The translations under genes were made by a program, and so were the position numbers. This document shows positions 56,999-64,000 of a stretch of 64,000 nucleotides of DNA, piece after piece; the first letter of the stretch is position 1, and the number at the start of each line of letters is the position of its first letter. The stretch is from IMG/VR virus record IMGVR_UViG_3300008108_000033, positions 1-64,000 of that record; one strand, 5' to 3'. Under the pieces are notes generated by a model, which searched no databases, was not told where the DNA came from, and saw nothing but the letters and a program-made list of their open reading frames with translations. This DNA is from a virus.

Positions 56999-58675
56999 TT
57001 ATCCTTGAGAATTACATAAATTGCTATTGTATTTAGAAAACCCACAGCTTGCGTTATATCTTGTGCCAGTGCAGCTATTGTATCTGCAAGCACAAGAAGT
57101 ATAAACACGAGGCTTAGGCTTCTGCTCACACCCACAACTACCGTAAGTGCAGCATCCGGTGTTGTTTTTACATTTCCAACACTTGCCAAATTCAGGATTG
57201 CCCGGAACTAAACAATTGTTAGTGTATCCGTTGTCTCCGCAGCAACTTATAAATTTGCGAACCAAATTATTTTCTTCGTCTTTATACCAAGACTTATCTT
57301 CTTCTGGTCCGTACATATCATTTTCTATGATATTTAGTAGAGAACACCTTGCGTCTTCGCAGGCTTGATTGGTTGAAGCGCACATGCTGAGCCATTTTCC
57401 ATCGTCGTTATACAAAGCTTCATCGCATGGAACTGATACTTTAAGTTGCAGTATTTCATCCATGTACTTATTTTCTAGATCCGACGCGAACATCACTCCG
57501 TTTAACAAATCTTTGGCAAACGCTTCTCCCTTGTTTACAATAACCACTGAATCCTCCGTCTTGCTTTCTAATAAATTTTGTTTGACTAAATCAAATTTAT
57601 CTTGACTAAAACTGCTAGATTGCATGCTCATAGGAAGGCCAAGCAAATTACGATTTACTAAAATAAGCCGCATTTGCTCACCAATTGTTGGGCTTTTCAA
57701 TTTCAAAATATCCAGCCAAGTCTTGGAGAATACTTGAAAGAAATTAGACGAAGAAGGTGCCTTTTTGGAAGCATTAATAAATGTTTCCATCAAAAGCTCT
57801 CTGGCTTGGTCAACTCCAGAAACACCTTTGCCAAACATCTCATATGCTTTGACAAATATTTCATAGAAAGCGCCAGTCAAAACTCGACTAAAACTATGAG
57901 ATTCAGCTGCCAACTGATCGTTAGGCGCTCTCTGTGGCAAAGTTGATGGCGAAACATATTTAAAATTGTTCACGCCTTTTCTTAAAGCACCTCCCAGTCC
58001 CAGACTGGATCCAAATTGTTCTGCTAATCCTTCAACAATATTAGGTTTTCTAAGGTCTCCTCCTGTTGTTTCCAACATGTTTTTTACCACAGCAGGCTGT
58101 GCCAAGCTGCTCAAAATTGCACTGACATCGCCGAAGCTTTCATGAAATGCCCATAATTCTAGAGCTGCCATATTGAAAAATTCAGGCCTCATAGCATCGA
58201 GCAAACCATGTCCGAGTTCATGGGTAATTATGTCGGCAGATAAACATGTAAAAACTTTTTGCCCCTTGTTAGTGAAATAGAAAAATTTCAAACCTTGTCG
58301 ATCATAAAAAGCATTAGCCTGAACACCAGCCAATGGATCAACGTTTAATTTGTTAACTACTGCCCATTTTGATAAATCGGCTTTACGGTTCAATACATTG
58401 ATGCTGTGACATAGCACCGCGTATACATTTGCAGCTTGTCCTACGGGACGGTCTAAGGGACCACCGTTGCCAGTAAAATACTTAACAGCAAACTGCAACT
58501 TATAAGTTTGGGGGTTGTTGGCGTATCCCATCAAATTGGGAGTACTTGGGTCATTCAAGTAATATTTAATCTGCGTTCCCGCAGCTTCCATATCTACTTC
58601 GGTTGATTGGGCCTCCATTTTAGGAGTAAACAAATTCTTTACATTCTCATATAATTTTTTAAAGAATTGTAGCAT
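56999..58675 (-). CDS. M4/M36-like gluzincin metallopeptidase with Cys-rich C-terminus
   Basis: NAFYD, ADIITHELGH, FHESFGD, ESHSFSRV; TATAAATA 58694-58701. Confidence 0.85.
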   Translation of the reverse strand: MLQFFKKLYENVKNLFTPKMEAQSTEVDMEAAGTQIKYYLNDPSTPNLMGYANNPQTYKLQFAVKYFTGNGGPLDRPVGQAANVYAVLCHSINVLNRKADLSKWAVVNKLNVDPLAGVQANAFYDRQGLKFFYFTNKGQKVFTCLSADIITHELGHGLLDAMRPEFFNMAALELWAFHESFGDVSAILSSLAQPAVVKNMLETTGGDLRKPNIVEGLAEQFGSSLGLGGALRKGVNNFKYVSPSTLPQRAPNDQLAAESHSFSRVLTGAFYEIFVKAYEMFGKGVSGVDQARELLMETFINASKKAPSSSNFFQVFSKTWLDILKLKSPTIGEQMRLILVNRNLLGLPMSMQSSSFSQDKFDLVKQNLLESKTEDSVVIVNKGEAFAKDLLNGVMFASDLENKYMDEILQLKVSVPCDEALYNDDGKWLSMCASTNQACEDARCSLLNIIENDMYGPEEDKSWYKDEENNLVRKFISCCGDNGYTNNCLVPGNPEFGKCWKCKNNTGCCTYGSCGCEQKPKPRVYTSCACRYNSCTGTRYNASCGFSKYNSNLCNSQG

Positions 58676-58716
58676 AAAAACCCCTTTCTATATTATTTAT
58701 ATAAAAAGGTGAAAAT

Positions 58717-59232
58717 ATGAATGTTGAAGAAAGAATTATCGAGCAGCGAACTCTAGAGGCAATCAGAAAAAATCTGATGGGCCAGCAGGGAAAACTTTAT
58801 TTGATTGCAAAAGTTTTAGGAAATGCCATCACACAGCAATCTGCTGGTGGTAATTTTTTGAACTTTGACATGTTCAATGAAGACCCAGACACAATTCCAA
58901 TATTAGAGGATGATGCAACTAGCCATGACATAGGCTATGTATTCAATGGATTATCACGAGGATTAAATATTGAAATTATTTGCAAAGATTACGAAGGTGT
59001 TATAAAGTTAACTTGGGATGGATTTTGTTATTATCACGAAGAAGCAAATGTTCTTATGAAATACGTGCCAAATGACAAATTGGAAAAAATGGTTGACAGT
59101 TTATTCACAGTAGTAGAAAATAAAGTGCAAGAAGAATATAGAAGACTTAAAAAACAGGAAATAAAAGAAGCCCCCAAGCTCGAACAAGAAGAACTCAGAA
59201 GGCTTCGCGATAAATGGGGCGATATTATTTAA
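58717..59232 (+). CDS. Hypothetical protein
   Basis: 171-aa ORF; SD AAGGTG. Confidence 0.8.
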   Translation: MNVEERIIEQRTLEAIRKNLMGQQGKLYLIAKVLGNAITQQSAGGNFLNFDMFNEDPDTIPILEDDATSHDIGYVFNGLSRGLNIEIICKDYEGVIKLTWDGFCYYHEEANVLMKYVPNDKLEKMVDSLFTVVENKVQEEYRRLKKQEIKEAPKLEQEELRRLRDKWGDII

Positions 59233-59234
59233 TA

Positions 59235-60077
59235 TCAGGGAGGGCTAATCAAATCGCCGCTTTGAAGTGTGTAAGGCGTCTCTAGTTTGGCACACATTGT
59301 AGTACCGCTGTAAAGATAATATGTCTTCTTGGCGAGGTCGCCCGGCACAGCACCGGCATAATAACGGAGTTCCTCAGTCAACTGACCGCTTGTGTTGTAT
59401 ACTGTGTTGTAGAAGAAATAACCGTCGTTAGAACCTCTCAGCAACTGCCAATCCGCAAGAGGATTGTTCGGATCCATTCCTTGCCATTGAATTAATTGCG
59501 CCTCATAAGCGTTAGTTGTCGGATCCAACAGAATAATACGGTCTGGCCCAAGCGTAGGATATTGGAACCTCTCCTGCATATCCCATCGTTCAAAATAAGT
59601 AGGAAGTTCGCGTATGGGAGCCTTCCTGTTAAACTGCAAAACGGTTTCCGCTCCAGTGTTTCCGATATAAGCTCTAATATGGCGACCACCAGCATTCTTG
59701 GTGTACTTAATCAAAACCATTGAAGGAGCAAACTGATAATACTGCGAAGAAAATACAGAGGCCTGAAACATGCCTGCAAAAATTGCATTAGCATTTAGGC
59801 TGTTTACTACTTCTAGGGCAGTAACAGCAGTCATGTCCGCGCCAGTTATGTTAATATTTAACTGACTATACCCAAGAAGACTTGGATCGTAAGCATAAAA
59901 CAGCGTCAAAACATCGTTGCCGGGTGCGGATAGGTCGTAGGTGCCTGTTTGAGCATTCACCATGTAGTCTGAACGATTGGTGTTTGCAGGAATGTTCCAT
60001 GTAGTTTGATACTGGCGATCTGAGCCGAATAACGAACCTCTAAACTCAAAATCGAATACGTTTTGGAAAAATGGCAT
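59235..60077 (-). CDS. Putative virion structural protein
   Basis: TTAAATA plus GAGG upstream; composition. Confidence 0.7.
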   Translation of the reverse strand: MPFFQNVFDFEFRGSLFGSDRQYQTTWNIPANTNRSDYMVNAQTGTYDLSAPGNDVLTLFYAYDPSLLGYSQLNINITGADMTAVTALEVVNSLNANAIFAGMFQASVFSSQYYQFAPSMVLIKYTKNAGGRHIRAYIGNTGAETVLQFNRKAPIRELPTYFERWDMQERFQYPTLGPDRIILLDPTTNAYEAQLIQWQGMDPNNPLADWQLLRGSNDGYFFYNTVYNTSGQLTEELRYYAGAVPGDLAKKTYYLYSGTTMCAKLETPYTLQSGDLISPP

Positions 60078-60096
60078 AAATACCTCTTATATTTAA

Positions 60097-60561
60097 TTAT
60101 CTATCAAAGTTTCTTAAAATCATCTTATAGTTATCCACGTCCTCGCGGCTTTTTTTGATTTGCTCCTCGTAGAATACTTCCATGTACCTTCTGTCCGGCT
60201 CGTCTAATAAAGGTACATGCGTGACAATCCTATCAGCATAATTAGCAACTACTTCTTGCTCCATGGCCAAGGCATACTGCAGCAATTCCTTGACATCATA
60301 TGAGCATACATGAGGCAAATCTTCTATAAAACTTAAAAATTCTTTAAGATCCGCATCTAAACCCAAAAGCGCATTCTGGAACTCTAGAACATGCTTCATT
60401 TCACTTGAAGCTTCTTTTTCAAATAGTTCTTTATATTCTTCTCGGTGCGGGCCAGAAACTAAAGAGGCAGCCGCCAAATAAAAATGCATGTGCTTGCGTT
60501 CATTTCGCAAATCCTGCTGCATGATGTTAACAAATTGTGCATAATTTTCATTTTTCAGCAT
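60097..60561 (-). CDS. Ferritin/bacterioferritin-like diiron protein
   Basis: DLRNERKH...Y, EASSEMKH, ALAMEQEVVANY. Confidence 0.8.
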   Translation of the reverse strand: MLKNENYAQFVNIMQQDLRNERKHMHFYLAAASLVSGPHREEYKELFEKEASSEMKHVLEFQNALLGLDADLKEFLSFIEDLPHVCSYDVKELLQYALAMEQEVVANYADRIVTHVPLLDEPDRRYMEVFYEEQIKKSREDVDNYKMILRNFDR

Positions 60562-60610
60562 TTTTATCTCCTATTATAGATATTATAGTTACTACTCTAG
60601 TGACACACCT

Positions 60611-62398
60611 ATGAAAAGCATTTGGAAAAAAAAATATAAATCACCAGCTGATTATTACAAAAAAAATTATGATCAAGAATTCTATTATTTTGATAAACTA
60701 CAACTACAAATAGATCCAGATGAAACTGTAGACGACATTAATCTTTATGATCCTGTCCAACAAGCCGATGAAATTGAAAAATGCGTAAAGAGCTTTCCCT
60801 ACTTCTGCCACAGATATGTTAAGATTTTACACCCAACCAAAGGCCTCATACCCTTTGTAATGTACAAATATCAGGCTAGAAGTATAGAATTTTACCAAAA
60901 ACACAGATTCAATATCATAAGCAAGTTCCGACAGGGCGGATTGACCACCGTGACGCTGCTTTATGGGCTCTGGAAATGCATGTTTGAATTAGACCAGCAA
61001 ATCATGGCATTGTCTAAAACTGACCGCGAAGCTGTAGGCATTGGCATGATGGTAGACAGGGCCGTCGAACACATGCCAACTTGGATGAAACCAAAAAAGG
61101 ATGGCAAGTGGAATGACCACTTAAAACAATTTCCCGATACAGGCGGATCTATTCAGTTCCATTCGCCTGAAGCTGCTCGCGGTAAATCAGTTACGTTTCT
61201 TATAATAGACGAAGCCGCGTTTATTCCCGACATGGAATCGCACTGGAAAGCTATGTGGCCGGTACTTAGTACTGGTGGAAGTTGCGTGCTAGTTTCCACT
61301 GTTAACGGATTAGGTAACTGGTACGAGGAAACATACACAAACGCCAAAGAAGGCAAAAACATGTTCCACGTAATCGACCTAGATTACTGGGAGCATCCAG
61401 ATTATTCACCAAAAAATAACCCGAATTGGGAAAAAGAACAGAGAAGTCAATTAGGAGAAAAAGGCTTCTTGCAGGAAGTATTGCGTAGCTTCTTAGGCTC
61501 TGGAGATACTTACATACCTTCTGATAAAATAACAGCAATCGAACAGAGTTTAAGAAACAAATATCCATACAAAAGATTATTCCCGCAGTTTTGCAACAAA
61601 GATGTTCCAGAAGAAAACGATAGTGAGTACGAAAAAGGTGCCTTATGGATATGGCAAGAGCCTAAGGATGGCGCGGATTATATTTTGGGAGTTGATTGCG
61701 CAGAAGGAATAGGCTCGCACGGCGATAATTCATGCATACAGCTAATAAATGCAAATACTCTGGAACAAGTTGCAGAATTCTATAGTCATAGCATCCAGCC
61801 ACACGACTTTTCTCATATTGTACACGAGCTAGCAAGCGCTTATAATTCGGCACTTGTGATAGTTGAAGATATGTCTAGCGGCGGCATAGTTTTGGATATG
61901 CTTTTCAGAGAATTGTCTTATGAAAACTTGTTTTATCCGCCTAAGTTTACCAAAAATGTAAAACCCGGCATAAAGATGTCAGTGAATGTAAGACCTATTG
62001 TGTTGCAAGGCTTTCAAAGCAGAATTCTCAATGGTGCCCTGCAAGTAAATAGCCGCAGACTACTGAATGAAATGAAAACATTTGAATACAACAGCTCAAC
62101 CAAAAAAGCCGAAGCAGCCAGAGGAAAACATGATGATGCCATCATAGCCATGGCGCTAGCTTTGTATGCAAGAGATCAAAGCATAAGAGACGTTCCATTA
62201 GGAATGACCGCTGGTGAACAAAATAATAAAACCCAAGCTAATATTTCTGACATTAGGGAAGAACTGAGAAAAGGGTTAAAAGAATCAATTTTTGATAAAG
62301 TTATGAAAAAAGAAAAATCCTTAGAAGATTTGGAAAATGAAAATTTACTTAGAATGTATAGAAAGCAAAACTCTCTTCTAAAAGACTTCGGATGGTAA
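60611..62398 (+). CDS. terL: Terminase large subunit (T4 gp17-like)
   Basis: KFRQGGLTT, LIIDEAAF, VSTVNG, LGVDCAEG, HDDAIIAMAL. Confidence 0.95.
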   Translation: MKSIWKKKYKSPADYYKKNYDQEFYYFDKLQLQIDPDETVDDINLYDPVQQADEIEKCVKSFPYFCHRYVKILHPTKGLIPFVMYKYQARSIEFYQKHRFNIISKFRQGGLTTVTLLYGLWKCMFELDQQIMALSKTDREAVGIGMMVDRAVEHMPTWMKPKKDGKWNDHLKQFPDTGGSIQFHSPEAARGKSVTFLIIDEAAFIPDMESHWKAMWPVLSTGGSCVLVSTVNGLGNWYEETYTNAKEGKNMFHVIDLDYWEHPDYSPKNNPNWEKEQRSQLGEKGFLQEVLRSFLGSGDTYIPSDKITAIEQSLRNKYPYKRLFPQFCNKDVPEENDSEYEKGALWIWQEPKDGADYILGVDCAEGIGSHGDNSCIQLINANTLEQVAEFYSHSIQPHDFSHIVHELASAYNSALVIVEDMSSGGIVLDMLFRELSYENLFYPPKFTKNVKPGIKMSVNVRPIVLQGFQSRILNGALQVNSRRLLNEMKTFEYNSSTKKAEAARGKHDDAIIAMALALYARDQSIRDVPLGMTAGEQNNKTQANISDIREELRKGLKESIFDKVMKKEKSLEDLENENLLRMYRKQNSLLKDFGW

Positions 62399-62425
62399 TA
62401 TAAGGTATTTACTATAGATAGTGTT

Positions 62426-63220
62426 ATGCGGAATCCAGAATTTAAAATTGACCTGTCGCTATACCAAGAGGCTATGAATTTGAGCCTCCATGATGAGGTA
62501 TGGTTTCATAATGCTTTGAGAAACAGAGAAAATTTACGCGAAATTACAAAAAGTCTCACAAAAGAAGATTGCGACATCGCTGTAAACAGATTTACAGCAA
62601 ATAAAGATATTGGAGAATTTTTAAAATTTAAAAAAAATGAAGTTGTAGACGAAGATACTTTAAACATTCTCCTTAATACCAGCAGCAAAGAAAGTAAATC
62701 TAAAATAATTCAAACAATCTCTAAAAAAACAGAAAATCACGCAGCAATAGTTTCAGCTTTGCTAAACGAATATTGCCAACAAACAAGAGACATTTTTGAT
62801 GCAAAAATTCTAGCTTTTCTAGAAAATATAGAAGAAGCATTTGCGCCAATTAAAAAATTCAAAATTGAATTAAATGAATCTAAATTCTTTCTAGTAATGC
62901 TAGATGACAAAGGCATTACTACCACAGAAGAACACCAATCAATAAATGAATATTTCAGCCAGAGAGCAAAAAGTAATAAAATTTGCCGTGGATACGTGAG
63001 CAAAAACATGGTTCCAGAGAAATATATTGAAAATGCAATTAACAAATTGCTATATGTAAAGGAGTGCAAACTGCCAGTACACTTCGTACAGAAAAATTTT
63101 GGGGACTACAAGATTGTATACAAAGAAAATCAAGTATGTCACATGGGAGAATATGATTTCACAATATCTTGTAATGATATAAAGATATTAAATATCAGCA
63201 AAGTGAGAGGCGATAAATGA
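62426..63220 (+). CDS. Hypothetical protein
   Basis: TAGATA 5 nt before ATG. Confidence 0.75.
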   Translation: MRNPEFKIDLSLYQEAMNLSLHDEVWFHNALRNRENLREITKSLTKEDCDIAVNRFTANKDIGEFLKFKKNEVVDEDTLNILLNTSSKESKSKIIQTISKKTENHAAIVSALLNEYCQQTRDIFDAKILAFLENIEEAFAPIKKFKIELNESKFFLVMLDDKGITTTEEHQSINEYFSQRAKSNKICRGYVSKNMVPEKYIENAINKLLYVKECKLPVHFVQKNFGDYKIVYKENQVCHMGEYDFTISCNDIKILNISKVRGDK

Positions 63221-63555
63221 ATTTCAGCGAAGCTAAATTGTTGCAAATACAAAAAAATATTGAAGCATGCGTAAGAGAATTGCCAGATCAATTTGCTCTT
63301 TCTGAAGTTAAATACAACCTAAAACGCGCACTAGAATCAATAAACACTGTAAATGCAAAGCGTAAAAAGCGAAAAATAAATGAAATGCAAAATGAATCGA
63401 AAAACAAAATGGCATTCATGTCCCTTGATGATGCCAAAAGAGCCCTAAAAATTCTTGATGATATGATGGCAAGCGAACAAAAGACCATAGACGCGCTTAA
63501 TAATGCGCCCAAAAACTCAATTCAAGACATGTCAGATGAAATGCTGCTGGGTTAA
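63217..63555 (+). CDS. Hypothetical coiled-coil protein
   Basis: Overlaps the previous stop; SD GAGG. Confidence 0.75.
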   Translation: MNFSEAKLLQIQKNIEACVRELPDQFALSEVKYNLKRALESINTVNAKRKKRKINEMQNESKNKMAFMSLDDAKRALKILDDMMASEQKTIDALNNAPKNSIQDMSDEMLLG

Positions 63556-63999
63556 TTTAAACTCAGGCGGAACATGTACAAAATCAGCTAGAAGTAATAA
63601 AGTTTTATTTATATTGTCAAAATTATCATCAATTATCAAGTGATTCTTGTTTCTTTTTAATAATTGATAAATGAAATCTTTTCGCCTTTTCAAATAATCA
63701 GATGCACAGTTTCTGTGTATTACTCCACCATCGCGTATGTTTTGAAGCGCTTCTGGAGTATCATTCCTTAAATATATTATTTTAGCAGAATCGAGAGTAT
63801 CTTTAAAACCAATTTGCCAGTTATGTACCAAAATGTCAAAAAATCTCGAAAAATTTCTTTTACTGTTCTTTCGGTCAAATTTGATATCCTTGTTATAATA
63901 AACATTGTATTCTTTATATACAAAACTTGAAATTAAAAACTGATTAGATGTAAGCACCTTGTTCCAAGTGTTTACTCTACATCCCAAATGACTCAGAAT
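63532..63999 (-). CDS. Hypothetical protein, 5'-partial
   Basis: Frame stays open from 63987 to the window edge. Confidence 0.6.
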   Translation of the reverse strand: MLSHLGCRVNTWNKVLTSNQFLISSFVYKEYNVYYNKDIKFDRKNSKRNFSRFFDILVHNWQIGFKDTLDSAKIIYLRNDTPEALQNIRDGGVIHRNCASDYLKRRKDFIYQLLKRNKNHLIIDDNFDNINKTLLLLADFVHVPPEFKLTQQHFI

Positions 64000-64000
64000 A

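Noticed and set aside
60920-60950. Terminase Walker A lacking the usual GKT lysine (KFRQGGLTT)
   Set aside because: Deviant Walker A motifs with an upstream Lys are known in terminases; the other motifs are intact
1-64000. Stop-codon reassignment as in some jumbo phages
   Set aside because: Code 11 gives full-length, tightly packed genes, and TAA, TAG and TGA all end genes at sensible boundaries

Overview
AT-rich, gene-dense segment of a large (probably jumbo) contractile-tailed dsDNA phage with distant T4-like features; standard code 11 gives full-length ORFs. Layout: (1) 1-13.4 kb, mixed-strand accessory genes (SpeD-like decarboxylase, HNH, HExxH protein, cupin, GT32-methyltransferase-WecB operon, ClpP, degenerate CCA-type nucleotidyltransferase); (2) 13.5-46 kb, a + strand morphogenesis block (gp2-like DNA end protector, 2597-aa tape measure, tube initiator, gp53-, hub-, gp5/VgrG-, gp25-, gp6/J- and gp7/I-like baseplate genes, three paralogous PKD fibre-like proteins); (3) 46-64 kb, glycosyltransferases, an actin-like ATPase operon, primase, Cas4/RecB-like nuclease, M4/M36-like peptidase, ferritin-like protein and terminase large subunit. 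No tRNA, rRNA, CRISPR array or IS was seen. Most notable patterns: about 10 unrelated ORFs sharing an N-terminal motif like the T4 capsid-targeting sequence; a TA(A/T)ATA late-promoter-like box 4-5 nt before at least 10 start codons (predicted leaderless late mRNAs); three hairpins that combine a TATAAT box with an occluded ribosome-binding site downstream of late genes; and nested Cys-rich modules in a 1686-aa fibre protein. All calls are motif recognition by eye; no database searches were run.
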